Part shown: positions 53,801 through 60,086 of the stretch, piece after piece
How the letters are laid out: each line of letters opens with the position of its first letter
Position numbering within the stretch: position 1 is the stretch's first letter
NCBI RefSeq assembly: GCF_030384885.1
Contig: NZ_CP128613.1
Source of the DNA: Escherichia coli
GTDB lineage: Bacteria; Pseudomonadota; Gammaproteobacteria; Enterobacterales; Enterobacteriaceae
Direction: 5' to 3' (one strand)
Length of the DNA stretch: 64,000 nucleotides
Program-made: the position numbers and the translations under genes
Notes under the pieces: model-generated
Told to the model about the DNA's origin: nothing
The model's database searches: none
Seen by the model: only the letters and a program-made list of their open reading frames with translations

Positions 53801-56233
53801 CAAAAGCTGACGTTAGCCGAACATGGCGGAGCCTATGGCGCAACGGCCGATATGTCGGCAAAAATCGGTGGTGAAGGGGATCTGGCAATCAATACGGTGC
53901 GACAGGTTTCGCTTTCCAACGGTCAGAACGACTATCAGGGGGCAACCTATGTTCAGATGGGGACATTACGTACCGATGCGGATGGCGCGCTGGGCAATAC
54001 TCGGGAACTGAACATCAGCAACGCGGCCATCGTCGATCTTAATGGATCGGAGCAGACGGTAGAGACATTCACCGGGCTGATGGGTTCGACTATTTTGTTC
54101 AAAGAAGGTTCGCTGACGGTGAATAAAGGTGGGATCAGTCAGGGCGAACTGACAGGTGGCGGAAACCTGAATGTTTCAGGGGGAACACTGGCTATCGAGG
54201 GGCTTAATGCACGCTACAATGCGTTAACCAGCATTAGCCCAAATGCGGAAGTCAGCCTCGACAATACGCAGGGGTTAGGCAGAGGAAATATTGCCAATGA
54301 CGGTCTGTTAACGCTAAAAAACGTGACCGGCGAACTGCGCAATAGCATAAGCGGTAAAGGTATCGTGAGCGCAACCGCCAGCACAGACGTAGAGCTGGAT
54401 GGCGATAATAGCCGCTTTGTGGGGCAATTCAACATCGATGCAGGCAGCGCGCTCAGCGTCAACGAGCAGAAAAACCTGGGTGATGCTTCCGTTATCAATA
54501 ATGGCCTGCTCACCATCGCCACTGAGCGTAGCTGGGCGATGACGCACAGTATCACCGGTAGCGGCGATGTGACAAAACTGGGGACCGGGATCCTGACTCT
54601 TAACAACGATTCCGCGGCGTATCAGGGTACGACGGATATCGTGGGTGGTGAAATTGCTTTCGGTTCCGACTCTGCCATTAATATGGCAAGTCAGCACATT
54701 AATATCCATAACAGCGGTGTGATGTCGGGAAATGTCACCACTGCAGGTGATGTGAACGTTATGCCTGGGGGGACACTGCGTGTCGCCAAAACCACTATCG
54801 GCGGCAATCTGGAGAATGGTGGCACGGTTCAAATGAATAGCGAAGGGGGGAAACCGGGGAATGTACTGACCGTTAACGGCAACTATACCGGAAACAATGG
54901 CCTGATGACGTTCAACGCGACGCTGGGCGGCGATAATTCACCCACGGATAAAATGAACGTGAAAGGCGATACCCAAGGGAACACTCGCGTTCGGGTTGAT
55001 AACATTGGCGGCGTCGGTGCACAAACGGTCAACGGTATTGAACTCATTGAGGTTGGCGGTAATTCTGCAGGCAACTTCGCGCTGACCACCGGAACTGTCG
55101 AAGCTGGGGCTTACGTCTACACACTGGCTAAAGGGAAGGGGAATGACGAGAAAAACTGGTATCTAACCAGTAAATGGGAAGGCGTAACGCCACCGGATAC
55201 ACCCGATCCCATCAATAATCCTCCTGCTGTGGATCCGGAAGGCCCATCAGTTTATCGCCCGGAGGCCGGAAGCTATATCAGCAACATTGCCGCAGCCAAC
55301 TCGCTGTTTAGCCATCGTTTACACGACCGTCTGGGTGAGCCGCAGTATACAGATTCACTGCATTCTCAGGGTTCGGCAAGCAGTATGTGGATGCGTCATG
55401 TCGGAGGGCACGAACGTTCAAGGGCCGGTGACGGTCAGCTAAATACACAGGCTAACCGCTATGTATTGCAGCTAGGCGGCGATTTGGCGCAGTGGAGTAG
55501 CAACGCGCAGGATCGCTGGCATCTCGGCATCATGGCAGGCTATGCCAATCAGCACAGTAATACTCAGAGTAATCGTGTGGGTTATAAATCGGATGGGCGC
55601 ATCAGCGGTTACAGCGCTGGGATGTACGCGACCTGGTATCAGAACGATGCGAATAAGACCGGCGCTTATGTTGACAGCTGGGCGCTGTATAACTGGTTTG
55701 ATAACAGCGTCAGTTCCGATAACCGTTCTGCTGACGACTATGATTCTCGCGGTGTGACGGCCTCTGTTGAGGGTGGATATACCTTTGAAGCGGGAACATT
55801 TAGCGGCAGCGAAGGGACGCTGAATACCTGGTACGTCCAGCCACAGGTGCAAATCACCTGGATGGGTGTGAAAGATTCTGACCATACCCGGAAAGACGGA
55901 ACACGCATTGAAACGGAAGGTGACGGAAACGTGCAAACTCGACTTGGGGTGAAAACCTACTTGAACAGTCATCACCAGCGCGACAATGGTAAACAGCGTG
56001 AGTTCCAGCCTTACATTGAAGCGAACTGGATCAACAACAGCAAAGTCTACGCCGTGAAGATGAATGGTCAAACCGTAAGCCGTGATGGTGCGCGTAATCT
56101 CGGTGAAGTACGTACCGGGGTTGAGGCGAAAGTAAATAACAACCTTAGCCTGTGGGGGAATGTTGGTGTGCAACTAGGTGATAAAGGCTATAGCGATACT
56201 CAGGGCATGCTGGGTGTGAAATATAGCTGGTAA
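50813..56233 (+). CDS. yneO: Full-length AIDA-I/pertactin-type (type Va) autotransporter adhesin; K-12 yneO (ydeK/ydeU) pseudogene locus
   Basis: 1806 aa from ATG 50813 (GGAG 8 nt upstream). It has an extended signal peptide (MNRIYRVIWNCTLQVFQACSELTRR...ALSGSASGA) and a long passenger with many G-x-G-T-L-N-I beta-helix repeats. A Pro-rich linker PPDTPDPINNPPAVDPEGP precedes a C-terminal beta-barrel ending GVKYSW. Confidence 0.88.
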   Translation: MNRIYRVIWNCTLQVFQACSELTRRVGKTSTVNLRKSSGLTTKFSRLTLGVLLALSGSASGASLEVDNGQITNINTDVAYDAYLVGWYGTGVLNILAGGNASLTTITTSVIGGNEDSEGTVNVLGGTWRLYDSGNNARPLNVGQSGTGTLNIKQKGHVDGGYLRIGSSTGGVGTVNVEGEDSVLTTELFEIGSYGTGSLNITDKGYVTSSIVAIVGYQANSNGKLVVEKGGEWLIKNNDSSIEFQIGNQGTGEATIRDGGLITAENTIIGGNLTGIGTLNVQDQDSVITVRRLYNGYFGNGTVNISNNGLINNKEYSLVGVQDGSHGVVNVTDKGHWNFLGTGEAFRYIYIGDAGDGELNVSSEGKVDSGIITAGMKETGTGNITVKDKNSVITNLGTNLGYDGHGEMNISNEGLVVSNGGSSLGYGETGVGKVSITTGGMWEVNKNVYTTIGVAGVGNLNISDGGKFVSQNITFLGDKASGIGTLNLMDATSSFDTVGINVGNFGSGIVNVSNGATLNSTGYGFIGGNASGKGIVNISTDSLWNLKTSSTNAQLLQVGVLGTGELNITTGGIVKARDTQIALNDKSKGDVRVDGQNSLLETFNMNVGTTGTGTLTLTNNGTLNVEGGEVYLGVFEPAVGTLNIGAAHGEVAADAGFITNATKVEFGLGEGVFVFNHTNNSDAGYQVDMLITGDDKDGKVMHDAGHTVFNAGNTYSGKTLVNDGLLTIASHTADGVTGMGSSEVTIASPGTLDILASTNSAGDYTLTNALKGDGLMRVQLSSSDKMFGFTHATGTEFAGVAQLKDSTFTLERDNTAALTHAMLQSDSENTTSVEVGEQSIGGLAMNGGTLTFDTDIPAATLAEGYISVDTLVVGAGDYTWKGRNYQVNGTGDVLIDVPKPWNDPMANNPLTTLNLLEHDDSHVGVQLVKAQTVIGSGGSLTLRDLQGDEVEADKTLHIAQNGTVVAEGDYGFRLTTAPGDGLYVNYGLKALNIHGGQKLTLAEHGGAYGATADMSAKIGGEGDLAINTVRQVSLSNGQNDYQGATYVQMGTLRTDADGALGNTRELNISNAAIVDLNGSEQTVETFTGLMGSTILFKEGSLTVNKGGISQGELTGGGNLNVSGGTLAIEGLNARYNALTSISPNAEVSLDNTQGLGRGNIANDGLLTLKNVTGELRNSISGKGIVSATASTDVELDGDNSRFVGQFNIDAGSALSVNEQKNLGDASVINNGLLTIATERSWAMTHSITGSGDVTKLGTGILTLNNDSAAYQGTTDIVGGEIAFGSDSAINMASQHINIHNSGVMSGNVTTAGDVNVMPGGTLRVAKTTIGGNLENGGTVQMNSEGGKPGNVLTVNGNYTGNNGLMTFNATLGGDNSPTDKMNVKGDTQGNTRVRVDNIGGVGAQTVNGIELIEVGGNSAGNFALTTGTVEAGAYVYTLAKGKGNDEKNWYLTSKWEGVTPPDTPDPINNPPAVDPEGPSVYRPEAGSYISNIAAANSLFSHRLHDRLGEPQYTDSLHSQGSASSMWMRHVGGHERSRAGDGQLNTQANRYVLQLGGDLAQWSSNAQDRWHLGIMAGYANQHSNTQSNRVGYKSDGRISGYSAGMYATWYQNDANKTGAYVDSWALYNWFDNSVSSDNRSADDYDSRGVTASVEGGYTFEAGTFSGSEGTLNTWYVQPQVQITWMGVKDSDHTRKDGTRIETEGDGNVQTRLGVKTYLNSHHQRDNGKQREFQPYIEANWINNSKVYAVKMNGQTVSRDGARNLGEVRTGVEAKVNNNLSLWGNVGVQLGDKGYSDTQGMLGVKYSW

Positions 56234-56241
56234 ACCGTATA

Positions 56242-56276
56242 AGCCGCATGTCGAAGATGGCATGCGGCTGCTTAAT
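56242..56276 (+). terminator. Probable terminator hairpin after the autotransporter gene
   Basis: Perfect 9-bp stem AGCCGCATG/CATGCGGCT. The downstream T-run is weak (GCTTAAT). Confidence 0.55.
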
Positions 56277-56312
56277 ATTGCCGACTTCAAACGACTTTTA
56301 AATCCTCCTTTT

Positions 56313-56426
56313 TATCCGCGATCGCGGATAACACAGTGTTTATCCCGTAGAGCGGATAAGATGTGTTTCCTGATTGACTTTATCCCCACTAAAGGATAAA
56401 ACTGATAATATCCCCTTGAGCGGATA
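56313..56426. promoter_or_regulatory. hipBA promoter with four HipB operators
   Basis: Four copies of TATCC-N8-GGATA at 56313-56330, 56341-56358, 56381-56398 and 56409-56426. Confidence 0.9.
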
Positions 56427-56447
56427 AATATGCTGTGGACGTATGAC

Positions 56448-56714
56448 ATGATGAGCTTTCAGAAGATCTATAGCCCAACGCAATTAGCGAATGCAATGAA
56501 ACTGGTTCGTCAGCAAAATGGCTGGACGCAGAGCGAGCTGGCGAAAAAAATCGGTATTAAGCAGGCGACAATTTCCAATTTCGAAAACAATCCTGACAAT
56601 ACCACGCTCACGACATTTTTTAAGATTTTACAGTCGCTTGAACTCTCAATGACGCTATGCGACACGAAAAATGCCTCGCCAGAATCAACAGAACAGCAAG
56701 ATCTGGAGTGGTAA
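56448..56714 (+). CDS. hipB: Antitoxin / HTH-XRE repressor HipB
   Basis: 88 aa from MMSFQKIYSPTQLANAMKLVRQQNGWTQSELAKKIG... Confidence 0.94.
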   Translation: MMSFQKIYSPTQLANAMKLVRQQNGWTQSELAKKIGIKQATISNFENNPDNTTLTTFFKILQSLELSMTLCDTKNASPESTEQQDLEW

Positions 56715-58036
56715 TGCCTAAACTTGTCACTTGGATGAACAACCAGCGGGTAGGCGAGTTAACGAAGTTAGCCAATGGCGCGCACACCTTTAAGTATGCA
56801 CCGGAGTGGTTAGCCAACCGTTATGCCAGACCGTTATCACTTTCGCTGCCATTGCAGAGGGGGAATATCACCTCTGATGCCGTATTTAACTTCTTCGATA
56901 ACCTGTTACCCGATAGCCCGATTGTACGTGACCGGATCGTTAAACGTTATCATGCTAAATCCAAGCAACCGTTTGATTTATTGTCAGAAATAGGGCGAGA
57001 TAGCGTTGGTGCCGTAACGTTATTACCCGAAAATGAAACCATAACGCGCCCGATAATGGCATGGGAACAGCTCACTGAAGCCAGGCTTGAAGAAGTATTA
57101 ACGGCTTATAAAGCAGATATCCCTCTAGGCATGATTAGAGAAGAAAATGACTTTCGCATCTCGGTTGCTGGCGCGCAGGAGAAGACAGCGCTGCTCAGAA
57201 TAGGCAATGACTGGTGCATTCCGAAAGGAATAACGCCGACGACGCACATCATTAAATTACCGATTGGCGAAATCAGGCAGCCCAATGCGACGCTCGATCT
57301 CAGCCAAAGCGTTGATAATGAGTATTACTGTCTGCTGCTGGCGAAAGAACTTGGGTTGAATGTGCCGGACGCAGAAATCATTAAAGCGGGAAATGTGCGC
57401 GCGTTAGCGGTCGAACGTTTTGACAGGCGTTGGAATGCTGAGCGAACGGTTTTACTTCGCTTGCCACAGGAGGATATGTGTCAGACATTCGGTTTACCTT
57501 CATCGGTGAAATATGAATCAGATGGAGGCCCAGGCATCGCGCGGATCATGGCTTTTTTGATGGGGTCCAGCGAGGCGCTGAAAGATCGCTATGATTTTAT
57601 GAAGTTTCAGGTGTTCCAGTGGTTGATTGGCGCAACGGATGGCCATGCAAAAAACTTCTCCGTATTTATTCAGGCTGGCGGCAGTTATCGACTCACGCCA
57701 TTTTACGACATCATTTCAGCATTTCCGGTATTGGGTGGCGCAGGAATACACATCAGCGATCTCAAACTGGCAATGGGGCTTAACGCATCCAAAGGCAAAA
57801 AAACGGCAATCGATAAAATTTATCCGCGACATTTTCTGGCGACAGCAAAGGTGCTGAAATTTCCGGAAGTGCAGATGCATGAAATCCTGAGTGACTTTGC
57901 CAGAATGATTCCGGCAGCACTGGATAACGTGAAGACTTCATTACCGACAGATTTTCCGGAGAACGTGGTGACGGCAGTTGAAACCAATGTGTTGAGGTTG
58001 CACCGTCGGTTAAGCCGAGAATACGGTATTAAGTAA
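56714..58036 (+). CDS. hipA: Ser/Thr kinase toxin HipA
   Basis: 440 aa from MPKLVTWMNNQRVGEL. The ATG overlaps the hipB TAA by 1 nt. G22, S150, D291 and D309 are all present by hand count, so this is the wild-type allele and not hipA7. Confidence 0.94.
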   Translation: MPKLVTWMNNQRVGELTKLANGAHTFKYAPEWLANRYARPLSLSLPLQRGNITSDAVFNFFDNLLPDSPIVRDRIVKRYHAKSKQPFDLLSEIGRDSVGAVTLLPENETITRPIMAWEQLTEARLEEVLTAYKADIPLGMIREENDFRISVAGAQEKTALLRIGNDWCIPKGITPTTHIIKLPIGEIRQPNATLDLSQSVDNEYYCLLLAKELGLNVPDAEIIKAGNVRALAVERFDRRWNAERTVLLRLPQEDMCQTFGLPSSVKYESDGGPGIARIMAFLMGSSEALKDRYDFMKFQVFQWLIGATDGHAKNFSVFIQAGGSYRLTPFYDIISAFPVLGGAGIHISDLKLAMGLNASKGKKTAIDKIYPRHFLATAKVLKFPEVQMHEILSDFARMIPAALDNVKTSLPTDFPENVVTAVETNVLRLHRRLSREYGIK

Positions 58037-58112
58037 GATATGGGGTTTGGACGTTGTTAATGAGCAGGACAATCATGACCGCCAACGACTGGATTCTGCC
58101 TTGGTTTATGTT

Positions 58113-58144
58113 GGTGCGCATAATGTCAACGCGTTATGTTGAAA
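58113..58144 (+). other. dif: dif-like Xer site forming the left junction (attL) of the filamentous prophage
   Basis: GGTGCGCATAA (exact XerC arm of E. coli dif), then TGTCAACGCG (10 nt), then TTATGTTGAAA (9/11 to XerD arm TTATGTTAAAT). It starts 76 nt after the hipA stop, where K-12 dif lies by my recollection. Confidence 0.75.
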
Positions 58145-58178
58145 AGGCCGCTGCGAAAATCGAATCCCGCAGCGGCCT
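58141..58178 (-). terminator. Intrinsic terminator of the 309-aa cargo gene
   Basis: Perfect 11-bp stem AGGCCGCTGCG/CGCAGCGGCCT (58145-58155 / 58168-58178). On the minus strand it is followed by TTTTC, and that run overlaps the XerD-like arm. Confidence 0.75.
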
Positions 58179-58210
58179 CTTTAGCATAACGTCATTGTGC
58201 GAACCAATAG

Positions 58211-59140
58211 CTACTTTTTCGTATAACTCTCTTCGCATTTAGCCAAAAACAGCAGATTAGTAGCGGTTAAATGAAGGGTATAACTCGCTAAATACTCAGG
58301 AACTTTTGTTATTTCTGCCCCTTGTCCATGTCCACCTTCTTTATTTCGAATGGTTGGAATACCACTCTCAAGTAGAATTCTTATTGAAGAAAATTGATTC
58401 TGGAGGTATTCAGGTACTAAATTATTTGCCAAACAACTGTTAATTAGTTTTTTAGCTGTGTCAGTATCATTAAATTGCCAAGAATGTTTTTTATGTATGG
58501 CTTTCATTAGACTTTCAAAAGATTTGAGGCAATCATTTAAACATTCTTTATATCGCTGATGTCTATAATGCTCATGGGCGGATAAAAACTCATCGTTTGC
58601 TCCGTTATAACTCTTGTTCTTACCAAGAATCTGAAGCGTAGGCTTTACAACATCAGAATGAATGAATTGTGAGTCAACTTTAACCAACTCTCCTGACTCA
58701 AATTGATATCCAAGACCTGCTTCTTTAAACCTGATATTAAGTTCTTCAATAGCATCATCAGGACTTTGCTTTACTAACCCTCTGAATTTCCACTCATTTG
58801 ATCTTATATACCCGTCTATCAGTTTGAAACATATCTCAATGATATCCAAGCATTTTTCATGATCTCTCTCAGCTAGGAAATAGTCAAAAATTGCCCCGAA
58901 ATTCGATTCAGGATACTGTTTGAGAGAGAATACACCATATTCCTTACACAGCGTTTTATGAACGAGTCTGTAAAGCTTACTTGCTTCCGTTTCATAGTCA
59001 CTATCTTCACCGATAGTATCTCTTACAATATGAACAACCTGAACACGAAATGCATTTGGTATATTCGTGTATTGGTAAACATCAGCTACTTCACCTCTTA
59101 ATTTTTTTTGTCTTTTTGAAAATAATTCGAATATAGCCAA
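58211..59140 (-). CDS. AbiJ-NTD4-like / HEPN-motif protein (candidate abortive-infection or toxin RNase)
   Basis: 309 aa from a TTG start with GAGGA 7 nt upstream. The N-terminus MAIFELFSKRQKKLRGEVADVYQYTNIPNAFRVQVVHI resembles the AbiJ N-terminal domain 4 / STM4504-type family (from memory). The C-terminal R265-N-K-E-G-G-H271 (58328-58348) fits the HEPN R-x4-6-H motif. The gene is AT-rich: hand counts gave 18/60 and 23/60 G+C on two lines. Confidence 0.7.
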   Translation of the reverse strand: MAIFELFSKRQKKLRGEVADVYQYTNIPNAFRVQVVHIVRDTIGEDSDYETEASKLYRLVHKTLCKEYGVFSLKQYPESNFGAIFDYFLAERDHEKCLDIIEICFKLIDGYIRSNEWKFRGLVKQSPDDAIEELNIRFKEAGLGYQFESGELVKVDSQFIHSDVVKPTLQILGKNKSYNGANDEFLSAHEHYRHQRYKECLNDCLKSFESLMKAIHKKHSWQFNDTDTAKKLINSCLANNLVPEYLQNQFSSIRILLESGIPTIRNKEGGHGQGAEITKVPEYLASYTLHLTATNLLFLAKCEESYTKK

Positions 59141-59223
59141 TTTATAATCCTCAAAGATATGCCATTAATATGTCTGAGTTGATGAAAATCACACCGCTTT
59201 TACAGTCGTTTTCCACGGTGGAG

Positions 59224-59646
59224 TTACCAGTAATATGAGTTTCTTCTGTGCCACCAATAAAGAAGTCCGTATCCAATGATAAGAATTCCGAAAAACATCA
59301 ACGACATTCCCCAGCCAGTTCCGTACCACGAAACCATATCATCGAAAACTAACCCACCCATTTCACGAACTCCGGCTGCTTCCTTAAGAATTGGTTTGAA
59401 TACCGGAATCAGAAGGGCGATCGCAAGTGGAGCACCCCAGCGAACAAGACCAGTTTCCATTTTGATCCCGAAAAAGATCCCCGCACCGACAACAAGCAAC
59501 CAGACTATCAGGCCAGGCGCAGTTTCTAGTGCTGTTTGCCATTCAACATCGAAAGTTTTCATTAGCCAGGCAACAACTGCCAGACAGAAAGCAAATACGC
59601 CTACAACAACCAGTTCAACGCCGCTTGTTTCGTTATTTCTACTCAT
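59224..59646 (-). CDS. Small four-TM membrane protein of unknown function (prophage cargo)
   Basis: 140 aa from ATG 59646 (MSRNNETSGVELVVVGVFAFCLAVVAWLM...), with four hydrophobic helices. The 189-aa ORF-track form would overlap the upstream gene by 59 nt. It is GC-richer than its neighbours (33/60 on one line). Confidence 0.6.
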   Translation of the reverse strand: MSRNNETSGVELVVVGVFAFCLAVVAWLMKTFDVEWQTALETAPGLIVWLLVVGAGIFFGIKMETGLVRWGAPLAIALLIPVFKPILKEAAGVREMGGLVFDDMVSWYGTGWGMSLMFFGILIIGYGLLYWWHRRNSYYW

Positions 59647-59674
59647 CCTTTTGATCCTTTGTTGCTGTTCAAAA

Positions 59675-59717
59675 TCCGCACAATAAAGAACGTGCAGTGT
59701 AGGTAATACTGCACGTT
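59675..59717 (-). terminator. Hairpin (terminator or attenuator) between the RHH gene and the 4-TM gene
   Basis: Perfect 10-bp stem AACGTGCAGT/ACTGCACGTT (59689-59698 / 59708-59717) with a 9-nt loop, followed on the minus strand by CTTTATTGTG. Confidence 0.55.
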
Positions 59718-59734
59718 TGTACCATTCGTGGTAC

Positions 59735-59917
59735 TTAATCCTTTTGTTTGGCAGACATGAGATCTTCTGCTGCATCTTTAGAGTAGTTATCAATCAGATA
59801 ACCTAAAATCTCTGTCCATGTAATTGTTTTTCCTAGTTTTACACTGGCATTTATAGCCAGTCGTTCTAGTTTCATTTTTCTTTCTTCCGTCACGTTATAA
59901 GTCGTGCGCTTTGCCAT
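59735..59917 (-). CDS. Small ribbon-helix-helix-like protein, probable prophage regulator
   Basis: 60 aa, MAKRTTYNVTEERKMKLERLAINASVKLGKTITWTEILGYLIDNY... shows a beta-strand then two helices. It is divergent from the replication gene, the position of repressors such as RstR in integrating inoviruses. Confidence 0.5.
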   Translation of the reverse strand: MAKRTTYNVTEERKMKLERLAINASVKLGKTITWTEILGYLIDNYSKDAAEDLMSAKQKD

Positions 59918-59964
59918 TTTTTACGCTCGTTCAATGCAATATTTGAAGTGAGTATACATGCTCA

Positions 59965-60043
59965 TGAACTCATATCATCCAAGCCTCTTGAACTCACTAG
60001 CTCACTGGTGTAATGTTTAAACACTAATGAACTACTGAACTCA
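59965..60043. repeat. Iterated TGAACTCA motifs in the divergent phage control region
   Basis: TGAACTCA occurs at 59965, 59989 and 60036, and TGAACTAC at 60028, all in the same orientation, between the RHH gene and gII. Confidence 0.6.
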
Positions 60044-60086
60044 TGTGTTAGTAAGTCGTCATTTTTGTAATTTTGAGGATTTATTC

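Noticed and set aside
54214-56173. Several minus-strand ORFs (130, 172 and 233 aa) inside the autotransporter gene
   Set aside because: They are antisense to a continuous 1806-codon gene with clear domain logic. Repetitive Gly/Thr/Asn-rich coding DNA readily gives long antisense frames.
58054-58242. 62-aa plus-strand ORF running across the dif-like site and the cargo-gene terminator
   Set aside because: It spans a recombination site and a perfect hairpin, starts at a non-ATG codon without an SD, and overlaps the 3' end of the 309-aa gene. It is most likely non-coding.
59647-59793. N-terminal 49-aa extension of the membrane-protein ORF (the 189-aa form)
   Set aside because: It would overlap the RHH gene by 59 nt and read through the strong hairpin. 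The internal ATG at 59646 has an AAAGGA-type RBS and begins right before the first TM helix.
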